Shown here: positions 37,305-50,677 of the stretch, one piece after another | How positions within the stretch are numbered: position 1 is the first letter of the stretch | Layout of the letters: the number at the start of each line of letters is the position of its first letter | Assembly (NCBI GenBank): GCA_964016885.1 | Contig: OZ024759.1 | Span: 12,214,001-12,278,000 of the forward strand | DNA from: Eledone cirrhosa | Lineage: Eukaryota | Direction: 5' to 3' | Length of the DNA: 64,000 nt | Translations under genes and position numbers: made by a program | The notes under the pieces: model-generated | Told to the model about the DNA's origin: nothing | Seen by the model: the letters and a program-made list of their open reading frames with translations, nothing else | Database searches by the model: none

Positions 37305-38020
37305 TGTAGTAGTAGTGGTTATGATGATAGTAATGGTGGTGGTGGTAGTAGTAGTGGTGGTGGTAGCAGTAATGACAGTAGTGGTGGTAGTGGTGTTGGT
37401 AGCAGTAATGACAGTAGTGGTAGTAGTGGTGGTGGTAGTAATTATGACAGTAGTGGTGGTGGTGGTAGTGGTGGTGGTAACAGTAGTGGTGGTAGTGGTG
37501 TTAGTAGCAGTAATGACAGTAGTGGTGGTGGTAGTAGTGGTGGTGGTGGTAGCAGTAATGACAGTAGTGGTGGTAGTAGCAGTAATGACAGTAGTGGTGG
37601 TGGTAGTAGTGGTGGTGGTGGTAGCAGTAATGACAGTAGTGGTGGTAGTAGCAGTAATGACAGTAGTGGTGGTGGTAGCAGTAATGACAGTGGTGGTGGT
37701 AGTGGTAGTGGTAGTAACAGTAATGACAGTAGTAGTGGTGGTAGTGGTGGTGGTAGCAGTAATGACAGTAGTGGTGGTAGTAGTGGTGGTAGCAGTAATA
37801 ACGGTAGTGGTGGTGGTAGTGGTGGTAGCAGTAATGACAGTAGTGGTGATAGTGGTGGTAGTAGTGGTGGTGGTAGCAATAATGACAGTAGTGGTGGTAG
37901 TAGTGGTGGTGGTAGCAGTAATGACAGTTGTGGTGGTAGTAGTAGTGGTGGTGGTAGCAGTAATGACAGTAGTGGTAGTAGTTGTGGTGGTAGCAGTTAT
38001 GACAGTTGTGGTGGTAATTA
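37305..38020. repeat. Compound (GTG/GTA)n trinucleotide array
   Basis: GTG/GTA runs punctuated by GCAGTAATGACA. Confidence 0.95.
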
Positions 38021-38096
38021 TAGTGTTTGTTAGCAGATTATTTAATAAACTTTGAGATAACAAGTTGTAAATATCTTAACATAATCTGTTAAGTAC

Positions 38097-39815
38097 TTTA
38101 ACACCGTCACTGCACCATATAATGCAACTGTAGTTACTGCACATATCGTTAACACCGTCACTGCACCATATAATGCAACTGTAGTTACTGCACATATCGT
38201 TAACACCGTCACTGCACCATATAATGCAACTGTAGTTACTGCACATATCTTTAACACCGTCATTGCACCATATAATGCAACTGTAGTTACTGCACATATC
38301 TTTAACACCGTCACTGCACCATATAATGCAACTGTAGTTACTGCACATATCTTTAACACTGTCACTGCACCATATAATGCAACTGTAGTTACTGCACATA
38401 TCTTTAACACCGTCATTGCACCATATAATGCAACTGTAGTTACTGCACATATCTTTAACACTGTCACTGCACCATATAATGCAACTGTAGTTACTGCACA
38501 TATCTTTAACACCGTCATTGCACCATATAATGCAACTGTAGTTACTGCACATATCTTTAACACCGTCATTGCACCATATAATGCAACTGTAGTTACTGCA
38601 CATATCTTTAACACTGTCACTGCACCATATAATGCAACTGTAGTTACTGCACATATCTTTAACACCGTCATTGCACCATATAATGCAACTGTAGTTACTG
38701 CACATATCTTTAACACTGTCACTGCACCATATAATGCAACTGTAGTTACTGCACATATCTTTAACACTGTCACTGCACCATATAATGCAACTGTAGTTAC
38801 TGCACATATCGTTAACACCGTCACTGCACCATATAATGCAACTGTAGTTACTGCACATATCTTTAACACCGTCACTGCACCATATAATGCAACTGTAGTT
38901 ACTGCACATATCTTTAACACCGTCACTGCACCATATAATGCAACTGTAGTTACTGCACATATCGTTAACACCGTCACTGGACCATATAATGCAACTGTAG
39001 TTACTGCACATATTGTTAACACCGTCACTGCACCATATAATGCAACTGTAGTTACTGCACATATTGTTAACACCGTCACTGCACCATATAATGCAACTGT
39101 AGTTACTGCACATATCGTTAACACCGTCACTGCACCATATAATGCAACTGTAGTTACTGCACATATCTTTAACACCGTCACTGCACCATATAATGCAACT
39201 GTAGTTACTGCACATATCTTTAACACCATCACTGCACCATTTAATGCAACTGTAGTTACTGCACATATCGTTAACACCGTCACTGGACCATATAATGCAA
39301 CTGTAGTTACTGCACATATTGTTAACACCGTCACTGCACCATATAATGCAACTGTAGTTACTGCACATATTGTTAACACCGTCACTGCACCATATAATGC
39401 AACTGTAGTTACTGCACATATCGTTAACACCGTCACTGCACCATATAATGCAACTGTAGTTACTGCACATATCGTTAACACCGTCACTGCACCATATAAT
39501 GCAACTGTAGTTACTGTACATATCGTTAACACCGTCACTGCACCATATAATGCAACTGTAGTTATGACAGTTACTTCACTTATCTTTAACACCGTCACTG
39601 CACCATATAATGCAACTAGTTATGACTGTTACTGCACTTATCTTTAACACCCTCACTGCACTATATAATGCAACTGTAGTTATGACAGTTACTGCACTTA
39701 TCTTTAACACCGTCACTGCATCATATAATGCAACTGTAGTTTGTAGTTACTGCACGTATCGTTAACACCGTCCTTGCACTGCGTAATGTTGTTACGACAG
39801 TTACTGCACATATCT
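38097..39815. repeat. 51-bp minisatellite, ~33 copies
   Basis: Unit TTAACACCGTCACTGCACCATATAATGCAACTGTAGTTACTGCACATATC(G/T). Confidence 0.97.
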
Positions 39816-40210
39816 TTCTAACTTTATTTCAACCTTTTCATGGACATATTTTTACAAAGACAAACTCTTCTGCATTTAGTGATTTTGCAGAAAATATCTA
39901 AAAATAGGTTTCATAATTCAAAGGTTTTTAGTATCTTTACTACTGGACAGATTGTTGTGAATATTTACTGACTTAGAGTAAAGACTTTATTTAGTATTTA
40001 ACCTCTTCAGTGCCGAAGATGAGATAACTCATCCTAACATGTTTGAACTCTTTTCCAACAGTTCATAACTTCCAGCATAGTTACGTCCCTTTACGATCTG
40101 AGTTCAAATCCCGCCGAGGTTGACTTTGCCTTTCATCCTTACGGGGTCGATAAAATAAAGTACCAGTAATGCACTGGGGTAATTGCTGGCCTTGTGCCTA
40201 AAGTAGAAAC

Positions 40211-40258
<48 letters not shown>

Positions 40259-40379
40259 ACAGGGAGAAAAAGACGATTATAAAAGTAGAAACAATTATTA
40301 CAACTGAAATTTAACCATCACTTATGAAATACTTCAAACCTTTTAGAAAACACTTATCACATTGACATACCTCATCATA

Positions 40380-40419
<40 letters not shown>

Positions 40420-40426
40420 CAAACAT

Positions 40427-40763
40427 GGAGGCACATGGCTTAGTGGTTAGAGCATTGGTCTTGCAATCGAAAGGTTGTGAGTTCTATTCTCAGACTGGGT
40501 GATGTGTTGTTTCCTTGAGCAAGACACTTTATTTCACATTACTCCAGTTTACTCAGCTGTAGAAATGAGATGATAGGAACTGGAGTCCCTATCATTCCAC
40601 TGCAAAGTGGTCGTGGAGGCGCCACGGCAAAAAAGCACCCAGCACTCACTGTAAATGAGGTTGGTGTTAGGAAGGGCATTCAACTGTAGAAATCAAGCCA
40701 GAATCAGTTCCCGTCCCACCCTTGCAAGCAGGAAAAAACGGACATAAAATGAAATGATGATGA
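40427..40763 (+). mobile_element. SINE family A, full-length copy
   Basis: Same head, body and tail as 7736-8073. Confidence 0.85.
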
Positions 40764-40767
40764 TATA

Positions 40768-40818
<51 letters not shown>

Positions 40819-41023
40819 CTGTGTGTGTGTGTATAATAATTGTTTATATTTTTGGCATAAGGCCAGCAATTACCCCAGAGCATTACTGGTGCTTTATTTT
40901 ATCGGCCCTGTAAGGATGAAAGGCAAAGTTAACGTTTGCGGGATTTGAACTCAGAACTCTATGCTGGAAAGCATGGTGTACGACCCTCTACTAATACTGC
41001 CAATCCACTGCCCTTTGTGTATA

Positions 41024-41339
41024 TAATAATAATAATGAAAATTGTGTACAGTGCTCAGGTGCACTACAACTCATCAAAGGTGAATGGATAGTACATAGAA
41101 TAATGTAAAAATGTCAGGAAAGTGAACAGTGTATGAGTCATGATATAGACACAGATACATGTGTGTGTATGGAGGGGGAATATCAGGTGTAGTGTTGGCA
41201 AATTTCAGGAAGTATGGAAGTTTTAAAGGATGCAGTGTCTCGACAGCTAACAAATGACGCAGGCAGTTTGTTCCATGCTTCAGCAACTCTGAGTGTGAAA
41301 AAATGTTTCTGAAAATCATTGAAGCTGTACTGTTTTCTG
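41024..41339 (-). mobile_element. Second CR1 3' fragment, same family as 1-650
   Basis: Shares GTGTACAGTGCTCAGGTGCACTACAACTCATCAAA and GACGCAGGCAGTTTGTTCCATG with 20-430. Confidence 0.85.
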
Positions 41340-41729
41340 ACTTCATCATCATCATCATTTCATGTCCACTTTCACGCTAGCATGGGTTAGACAGGTTGTC
41401 CTGTTTGAAGCAAATGAGATCAGGTGAACATGTCTTGTTCACACTGAACTGTTCCTGGCCTGGTTTCTATATGAATGTCTGTCTGTATATATATCTGTGT
41501 GTGTGTAATATAGTTAGGCCTGTGTGTGTATATATGTAATATAGTTATGACTGTGTGTGACTCTGTAATATAGTTATGCCTGTGTGTGTGTATATATGTA
41601 ATATAGTTATGCCTGTGTGTGTATATATGTAATATAGTTATGCCTGTGTGTGTATATGTGTGTCTCTCTGTATGTATATATGTAAAATAGTTATGCCTAT
41701 GTGTGTGTCTCTCCATCTGTATATATATA

Positions 41730-42645
41730 GAGGTATGTCAGAAAAGTTCCAGGACTGATGTCACAAAAGATTTATTTCAAACCCAAACTTCACACTAAGA
41801 GTTTTCTCCTTCAAAGTAATCCCCCCGGAGTATGTAACTGTAATCTTAGCTCTCTGCGGCGATCAAACTTTTTTCTTCATAATTTTATATACATGTCCTC
41901 TGTTTCAGGTCGTCAAGCAATGAGCAGATAGCAACGAACAAACTTGAAGTTTCTGGTACAGTTGGGGAAAACTCTGACAGAAGCACTGGGATTGCTGCAG
42001 CAAGTGTATGGAGAGGAGACGATGTCACGCTCACGTGTTTTTGAGTGGTGCAAGAGGTTTAAAAGAAGGACGCGAGGACTTGGAAGATGACCCATGAGCG
42101 GAAGGCCCTCAACAACCAGGACTGAGGTCAACATTGAGCGCGTCAGGCAGATGGTGCGTAGCGATCGTTGGCTGACTGTTCGACTGATGGTTAATGAGCT
42201 GGGCATGAATCGGGACAGCGTCTGGAAGATTCTCACTGAAGATTTGGACATGTGGAAAATCTGCGCGAAGATGGTGCCAAAACTGCTGAACGATGACCAG
42301 AAGGGTCGACGCATGCAAGTGTGCCACGACATCCTCGGGTGTCTTGAAACCGAACCAGACTTGCTAGGGACAGTCATCACTGGTGATGAGTCATGGATCT
42401 TCGAGTATGACCCGGAGGGGACCCGTTTTGAAGACGTGGACGACATCAAAAAGGCCATGACGACGGAACTGCGGAGGATCCCAGAAGAATCCTTCCAGGA
42501 GTGCATGCAAGCGTGGCAGAAAAGGATGGAAAAGTGCGTTAGACTCCAGGGGGATTACTTTGAAGGAGAAAACTCTTAGTGTGAAGTTTGGGTTTGAAAT
42601 AAATCTTTTGTGACATCAGTCCTGGAACTTTTCTGACACACCTCG
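41730..42645 (+). mobile_element. Mariner (Tc1/mariner) transposon, internally deleted, ~100-bp inverted ends
   Basis: GAGGTATGTCAGAAAAGTTCCAGGACTG... and its inverse at the ends, TA flanks. Transposase remnants QRTNLKFL..LGK...VYGEETMSRSRVFEWCKRF, SGRP, KMVPKLL, TGDESW joined directly to GTRFE...GDYFEG; premature stop and frameshift. Confidence 0.93.
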
Positions 42646-43214
42646 TATGTAAAATAGTTATGCCTATGTGTGTATATGTGTGTCTCCCCGTCTGTATGTA
42701 TATATGTAATATAGTTATGCCTGTGTGTCTCTCTGCGTGTGTATGTATATATATATGTAATATAGTTATGTCTATGCGTGTCTCTCTTTCTGTATGTATA
42801 TGTGTGTATGTGTATGGTATCCATGATTATAAACATATACCAAGTGTTTCTACAACCAGTCTTCCTACAGTGCACACAAACTAAGAGAAATATCGTTACA
42901 ATTCACTGAACTCACCATTACAAATACAACATTGTACCGAAATATTTTACGTTTCCCTCTGTTAATCCTTTTACATTTAAACCGGCCATATCCAGCCAGA
43001 ATTCTCTCACCTCTTTCAGTTCAAACCAGCCGTAACTGGCTACTCATACCTACATTAAGGTATTGTTCCCAAATTATATAACATCAAAATCTTGTAGATT
43101 AGATATTATGTGAGATAATTATGTAAGATAAAGCCTTTATTGTGAAAATATAATAGTATATATAATGTAAATGCTAAAGGGTTAAACCAAACAACATATC
43201 TTACATAATCATTG

Positions 43215-43646
43215 TGTAAAGTGGTAGTGTTGGTGTCATGATAAAATACAGCCAGTACACTCTATAAAGTGGTAGTGTTGGTGTCATGATAAAATACACC
43301 CAGTACACTCTATAAAGTGATGGTGGTGGTGCCATGATAAAATTCACCCAGTACACTCTGAAGTGATAGTGGTGGTGTCATGATAAAATTCACCCAGTAC
43401 ACTCTGAAGTGATAGTGGTGGTGCCATGATAAAATTCACCCAGTACACTCTGAAGTGATAGTGGTGGTGCCTTGATAAAATTCACCCAGTACACTCTGAA
43501 GTGATAGTGGTGGTGCCTTGATAAAATTCACCCAGTATACTCTGAAGTGATAGTGGTGGTGCCTTGATAAAATTCACCCAGTACACTTTGAAGTGATAGT
43601 GGTGGTGTCATGATAAAATTCACCCAGTATATACTGTGAAGTGGTT
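43215..43646. repeat. ~44-46-bp tandem array related to the SINE A body
   Basis: Unit AAGTGATAGTGGTGGTGCCATGATAAAATTCACCCAGTACACTCTG. Confidence 0.85.
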
Positions 43647-44867
43647 GACATTGCTGTTGAAACCATGCCAAATATGGAACATATGTACAATACATGGTCC
43701 TCTAACCATATCTGACCTGTTTAACATGTCTTAATGTGATAAGCAGTCCAACCCAATGTGACAACCAGTTCAATGTTAAGGGCGATGATAGTTTCCTTGT
43801 TGACAACTCTTATGGTTGTTAAATGATCATTTCTTATGTTGTGAATTGTTATGTTCCAAAGTTCACCTTGTCACAATAATAAAAGCAAGTATACCACTTG
43901 ACTTCTCTGTCTTTGTGGGTAAACTTCCTCTATAAAGTCACCTAAATAGTATTGTAGCAGTCCTAACAAATTGTTACAGCTCACACCTATGTAGGTTTAG
44001 CTGGCCTCCTACAAGGTTGTATCTCATTATTCTCAAAATAAATACTTTCAAAATCTCATAGATTCGATATTATGTGAGATAATTATGTGAGGTAAAGCAT
44101 TTACCATGAAAATATAATAGTATATATAGAGTATTGTAAATGTTATGTGAGATAAAGCATTTACTGTGAAAATATATTAGTATATATAGAGTAATGTGAA
44201 TGTTATGTGAGATATTATGTGAGGTAAAGCCTTTACCATGAAAATACAATAGTATATATAGAGTAATGTGAATGCTAAAGGGTTAACTAAGAGTAAATAC
44301 TTTAATATTTAATGTGATGCAGTCATAGTGTTTTGTACTTTTCACTGGTGTCTTGTTAATGTGGTTTGATGTGGTACAGGAGGTTCAGATTGTTGTAAAA
44401 CTCTGCAATATTAACCCTTTAACAGATACATTACTCTATATATACTATTATATTTTCATGGTAAACACTTTATCTCACATAATTATTTCACATAATATCG
44501 AATTTATGAGATTTTGATGATTTATTTTGTGAACAATACCTTAACATAAGTATGAGTAGCCAGCTACAGCTGAGTTTAACAGAAAGAGTACCAGTTAAAT
44601 ACTGGGGTTTTTTTTTTTTCACGACAAAAAGCACCCAGTCCACACTATAAAAGGGGTTGGCATTAAGTAGGGCGTCCAGTCGTAGAAACTAAGCCAAAAT
44701 CAGTTTTGTATGAGCGAGTCACACTGTCCCCTGATCCCTCACAAAGGTACAGCCTGTCCTGCATTGCTAGCAGGGAAGAATGGACGTCAAACGATGATGA
44801 TGATATATCCGACCCACTCTCCCCGCACAACAACAAAAAATTGCTGGTCTGTGCCTAAATTAGAAGC

Positions 44868-45972
44868 AGTTGTTGTTACTGTTGTTGTTGTTGTTGTTGT
44901 TACTGTTGTTGTAACTGTTGTTGTTACTGTTGTTGTTGTTGCTGTTGTTGTTGCTGTTGTTACTGTTGTTGTTGTTACTGTTGTTGTTGTTACTGTTGTT
45001 GCTGTTGTTGTTACTGTTGTTGTTGTTACTGTTGTTGTTGTTGTTACTGTTGTTGTTGTTACTGTTGTTGCTGTTGTTGTTGTTACTGTTGTTGTTGTTA
45101 CTGTTGCTGTTGTTGTTACTGTTGTTGTTGTTACTGTTGTTGTTGTTGTTGTTACTGTTGTTGTTGTTGTTGTTACTGTTGTTGTTGTTGTTACTGTTGT
45201 TGTTGTTGTTACTGTTGTTGTTGTTACTATTGTTGTTGTTGCTGTTGCTGTTGTTGTTGCTGTTGTTACTGTTGTTGTTGTTGTTGTTGTTACTGTTGTT
45301 GTTACTGTTGTTGTTGTTGTTACTGTTGTTGTTGTTGTTACTGTTGTTGTTACTGTTGTTGTTGTTACTGTTGTTGTTGTTACTATTGTTGTTGTTACTG
45401 TTGCTGTTGCTGTTGTTGTTGTTGCTGTTGTTGCTGTTGTTACTGTTGTTGCTGTTGTTGTTACTGTTGTTGTTGTTACTGTTGTTGTAACTATTGCTGT
45501 TGTTGTTACTGTTGTTGTTGTTGTTGCTGTTGTTACTCTTGTTGTTACCATTGTTCTTGTTACACATTGCTGTTGTTGTTACTGTTGTTGTTGTTACTGT
45601 TGTTGTTGTTGTTACTGTTGCTGTTGTTGCTGTTGCTATTGTTACTGTTGTTGTTGTTGTTACTATTGCTGTTGGTGTTACTGTTGTTGTTGTTGTTACT
45701 ATTGCTGTTGGTGTTACTGTTGTTGTTGTTGTTACTATTGCTGTTGGTGTTACTGTTGTTGCTGTTGTTACTATTGCTGTTGTTACTGTTGTTGTTGTTG
45801 TTGTTACTGTTGTTACTGTTGGTGTTGTTACTATTGCTGTTGTTACTGTTGTTGTTGTTGTTACTGTTGTTGCTGTTGTTACTGTTGCTGTTGTTACTAT
45901 TGCTGTTGTTGTTGTTGTTGTTACTGTTGTTGTTGTTGTTGTTGCTGTTGTTACTATTGCTGTTGTTGTTAC

Positions 45973-46004
<32 letters not shown>
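44868..46004. repeat. (GTT)n-rich compound trinucleotide array
   Basis: GTT runs with ACT/GCT interruptions ending ~25 nt before exon 4. Confidence 0.97.
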
Positions 46005-46005
<1 letters not shown>

Positions 46006-46029
46006 AATCAGTTTATATTTCCCTTCCAG

Positions 46030-46223
46030 AACTCCCTAAACCATCACTTGGTGAATTATCAGATTTGAAATTGTTCTGTATTCAATTAAGACGAGATATG
46101 TCTCCCATGATACTTAACTATACATACTCGGAGTTGTACGATCTTGAGAATATCAAGGTGGAACTGGTCCCGGAGAAAAAAGGATTAATTTTGAAACACG
46201 TTGAATATGAAATCACAAGTCAG
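46030..46223 (+). CDS. SNX8: SNX8-like exon 4 (linker and start of PX domain)
   Basis: TTTCCCTTCCAG| acceptor; ELPKPSLGELSDLKLFCIQLRRDMSPMILNYTYSELYDLENIKVELVPEKKGLILKHVEYEITSQ. VELxPEKKGLxLKHVEY is characteristic of SNX8. Donor CAG|GTAAAT. Confidence 0.93.
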
Positions 46224-46487
46224 GTAAATTCATTGTTTTTCTTTCTGCACCTCCTCCACTACCCCCTTTTATTCATCATCATCATCATCATCATTCTCCG
46301 TTTTTAGTTTTCATCATCATCATCAACATCATCATCATCGTCACCATTGTCCTCCTCTTATTTTTGATCATCATCTTGGCCCCTTGTATCAGTGCCATCC
46401 AGTACTGGGCTCCAACTGGCCTCTTCACATAGTGGTGCCATCCAACACCAGGCCCCAAAAGTGTGGCCCTGCACCTGTCCCTCTTCA

Positions 46488-47925
46488 TCCAGTACTCGGC
46501 CCCTAAACTATGGTTCTGCTGTGAGATGGGTCAGACTCCTTGTATTGGTGTCTCCCAGTACTGGACCCCTAAACTATGCATCTGCTGTGAGATGGGTCAG
46601 ACTCCTTGTATTGGTGTCTCCCAGTACTGGACCCCTAAACTATGCCTCTGCTGTGAGATGGGTCAGACTCCTTGTATTGGTGCTTCCCAGTACTGGATCC
46701 CTAAACTATGGTTCTGCTGTGAGATGGGTCAGACTCCTTGTATTGGTGTCTCCCAGTACTGGACCCCTAAACTATGCATCTGCTGTGAGATGGGTCAGAC
46801 TCCTTGTATTGGTGTCTCCCAGTACTGGACCCCTAAACTATGCCTCTGCTGTGAGATGGGTCAGACTCCTTGTATTGGTGTCTCCCAGTACTGGACCCCT
46901 AAATTATGGTTCTGCTGTGAGATGGGTCAGACTCCCCATATTGGTGCTTCCCAGTACTGGACCCCTAAACTATGCCTCTGCCGTGAGATGGGTCAGACTC
47001 CCCATATTGGTGCTTCCCAGTACTGGACCCCTAAACTATGCCTCTGCTGTGAGATGGGTCAGACTCCTTGTATTGGTGCTTCCCAGTACTGGACCCCTAA
47101 ACTATGCCTCTGCTGTGAGATGGGTCAGACTCCTTGTATTGGTGCTTCCCAGTACTGGACCCCTAAACTATGCCTCTGCTGTGAGATGGGTCAGACTCCT
47201 TGTATTGGTGCTTCCCAGTACTGGACCCCTAAACTATGGTTCTGCTGTGAGATGGGTCAGACTCCTTGTATTGGTGCTTCCCAGTACTGGACCCCTAAAC
47301 TATGCCTCTGCTGTGAGATGGGTCAGACTCCTTGTATTGGTGCTTCCCAGTACTGGATCCCTAAACTATGGTTCTGCTGTGAGATGGGTCAGACTCCTTG
47401 TATTGGTGCTTCCCAGTACTGGACCCCTAAACTATGCCTCTGCTGTGAGATGGGTCAGACTCCTTGTATTGGTGCTTCCCAGTACTGGACCCCTAAACTA
47501 TGCCTCTGCTGTGAGATGGGTCAGACTCCTTGTATTGGTGTCTCCCAGTACTGGACCCCTAAACTATGGTTCTGCTGTGAGATGGGTCAGACTCCTTGTA
47601 TTGGTGTCTCCCAGTACTGGACCCCTAAACTATGCCTCTGCTGTGAGATGGGTCAGACTCCTTGTATTGGTGCTTCCCAGTACTGGACCCCTAAACTATG
47701 CCTCTGCTGTGAGATGGGTCAGACTCCTTGTATTGGTGTCTCCCAGTACTGGACCCCTAAACTATGCCTCTGCTGTGAGATGGGTCAGACTCCTTGTATT
47801 GGTGTCTCCCAGTACTGGACCCCTAAACTATGGTTCTGCTGTGAGATGGGTCAGACTCCTTGTATTGGTGTCTCCCAGTACTGGACCCCTAAACTATGCC
47901 TCTGCTGTGAGATGGGTCAGACTCC
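46488..47925. repeat. 66-bp minisatellite, ~22 copies
   Basis: Unit CCCAGTACTGGACCCCTAAACTATG(CCT/GTT)CTGCTGTGAGATGGGTCAGACTCCTTGTATTGGTG(TCT/CTT). Confidence 0.97.
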
Positions 47926-48436
47926 AAAACTGTTGTTCTATTGTGAGACAGGTTTCGCTCAGCCAACTGGCCTGTCCCTCCTCATGACTGAGCCATCCAG
48001 TCCCACACTGTAAATGTGGTTGGTGTTAGGAAGGGTATTCAGCTGTAAAATACCTGGCCAAGTTTATAGTCCTCACTGGAGAAAGGTGCAACATGGCCAG
48101 ACTTGCTTCCCGGCATGGACGATCCGTCTAACCGATGCAGATATATAGCCAAAACCCAGGACAAACATATATATAACATACAGAAAATAGCACTACTAGG
48201 TACTGTATCCATATTACATAGAGTACTTCAGGATATATATATATAGTTTGGGTACTGGACAATGAGGTAAACACCATGAAAAACCAGTAACATATCAATA
48301 GATAGGAAAATACATCTTACTCCATCTGATGAAAACATGCTAGAGGGTTATTATATAACCACTCTTGCATCTTTGAAATACATATAATAGAATTATGTAA
48401 TAAAATGAAGATGTACGAATAAAACCGTCTCTTACT

Positions 48437-48474
<38 letters not shown>

Positions 48475-49105
48475 TAGAGAGAAAATAGCACCAGTAGGTA
48501 CTTTACAAATATTATGATGATTACTCTCAATAAAATAGAAACAACACCAAAAATGATACTGCACATACTCAAGGCACACAGAGCTGTGCTCTCTAATGTT
48601 ATGAGGAAATGCACTGACTATAAGACTAATAAATAATTGTTTCTACTTTAGGCACAAGGCCAGCAATTACCCAGTTCATTACTGGTACTTTATTTTATCA
48701 ACCCCGTAAGGATGAAAGGCAAAGTCAACCTCGGCGGGATTTGAACTCATAAGACTAATAAATAATAATTTATTTTTTTAAATAATAATAATGATAATGG
48801 TTTCTTTATTGGCCACAAGGGCCAACATGAAAAAAAACATTACAGACGGCACAGAATGGTACAGGACGATAATAACATTGTTTCTACTTTTTGGCACAAG
48901 GCCAGCAATTACCCAGTACATTACTTGTACTTTATTTTATCAACCCCGTAAGGATGAAAGGCAAAGTTAACATCGGCGGGATTTGAACTCAAATCGTAAA
49001 GGGACGTAACTATGCTGGAAAGCATGTCCGACCCTCTCCCGATACTGCCAATAACATAGTTTTCATTTCTATATCATTCTTGTTTTTTGTTTGTTTAAAT
49101 TTCAG

Positions 49106-49223
49106 AAATTCCATAGTACAGTCCTGCGCAGGTACAACGATTTCTTAGTCATCAACGAAATGTTGATGATGAGGTTTCCATATAGAATGATACCTAGGTT
49201 ACCTCCGAAGAAAATGATGGGTG
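49106..49223 (+). CDS. SNX8: SNX8-like exon 5 (PX domain core)
   Basis: TTTCAG| acceptor; KFHSTVLRRYNDFLVINEMLMMRFPYRMIPRLPPKKMMG contains the PX motifs RRYxDF and PxLPPK; donor G|GTAAGT. Confidence 0.95.
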
Positions 49224-49469
49224 GTAAGTATCTCAGCAATTTTTATTGTTTTATCTTTCACTGAAGGCAAGCGGCCTAGGGGTTAGGATTTTGCGACACC
49301 TGTTTATAAAGTTGTGGGTCCAATTCCAGTTCTGAGTAGTGGGTTGCTTTCTTGAAGAAGACACTTCGTTTCTCAGTGTTGTTAATGATAGGACTGAGGG
49401 GTCCCTCTCATTCAAATACCTAAGAAACTGTTTATAAGATGCATGGAAAAGTGGATATAAAACAAATAT

Positions 49470-49785
49470 CGTCATCATCATCATTTTATGTCCCCTTTTC
49501 CTTGCTTGCATTCCATTCGTCACGGTCCTTCATCATCAGCATCTCTCCATTAGTCACGGTCCTTCATTATCAGCATCTCTCCATTAGTCACGGTCCCTCT
49601 TCATCTCCTCTGGGAGCTTCAGCAATCTGAAGTCAGCTCTCACCAACTCCGCCCATGATTTTCGTGGTCTTCCTCGACTGCGTCTTCCTTCCACAGGGAT
49701 TTCTTGGCACTTCTTTACCTAGTGGTCATCCTCCATGCACATCACATGTCCATACCAACGCAGTCTTCTCTCCCGCACTCTACAG
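49470..49785 (-). mobile_element. RTE LINE 3' fragment
   Basis: Minus strand reads LRWYGHV...VEGRRSRGRPRKSW...DRD, then (GAT)n tail. Confidence 0.75.
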
Positions 49786-49789
49786 TTTA

Positions 49790-50677
49790 TCATCATCATC
49801 ATTTTACGTCCGCTCTTCCCTGCTTGAAAGGGTTGGACGGGTCTTATTCAGCACAGCATCTCTCCACTTGTCACGGTCCTTCGTCATCTCCACCTTTCTT
49901 CTCCACACCTTCCTGTATGTCTCATTCCACCTCTTGCTTACTGAGATATCACTAACGACTAACCTATGCTGTGGGGTACATTCTTCCCCAGGGTATGCCT
50001 TGGTATTTGACCCCATCTGCCTGTCCCGCTGCCTAACTAGTAAGAAGTCAATCTGGCTTATGTGCTCGCCTGATTTGTAGGTTATTAGGTGGTTGGCAGG
50101 TTTCTGGAAGTATAGTCAGTGTACTTGCATCACAAAATTTAAGAAGTCTCATTCCTTCTTCATTTCTTGAGCCGTAACCATGTCCACCATGTACCCCAGT
50201 GTAACCATCCTGAAGCTGTCCAACATGACCATTGAAGTCCCCTGCTAACATAACGATGTCTCCGTCCTCTGTCATTGCGGCTGTTTATAAAAGTTGCTTG
50301 TAAAAGCAGTCTTTCTCTTCTTTACCTAGGCCTGCTTGGGGAGCATAGGCCGAGATGATTGTCAGTAGTCTCCTGCCTACAACTAATCTAAGCTTAATTA
50401 TTTGATTATTAACTCGAACTACCTCTATTGTCTTATTGATCCATCTCTCAGCCAGGAAAATGCCTGCTGCCCCTAACCCATCATCCTTACCTACCCAGAA
50501 AAGCTTATAGCTAAGATGTTTGCCTGCGATTAGTCTTGCAGAGGCACCTCTCCATCTCACCTCTTGCACACAGCACACATCCACATGCCTTCTCTCCAGC
50601 ATCTCCACTATTTCACCAGATCTACCTGTGAGAGTGCCAACATTAGGTGTTGCAACTCTGAGATGCGACGTCTTCAT
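49790..50677 (-). mobile_element. RTE-clade LINE, internally deleted (endonuclease joined to extreme 3' end)
   Basis: LRVATPNVGTLTGRS...VQEVRW...ISAYAPQ...GDFNGHVG...QHRLVV followed by DRDKWRDAV..KTRPT and a (GAT)n tail. Confidence 0.88.

Noticed and set aside
37225-39598. Poly-Val/Thr (mucin-like) and 17-aa repeat ORFs
   Set aside because: Trinucleotide and 51-bp tandem arrays; no splice signals or unique domains.
44710-48013. Poly-L/V/N/C ORFs and 22-aa repeat ORFs (531/516 aa, Cys-rich)
   Set aside because: (GTT)n array and 66-bp minisatellite open in several frames; intronic to SNX8.
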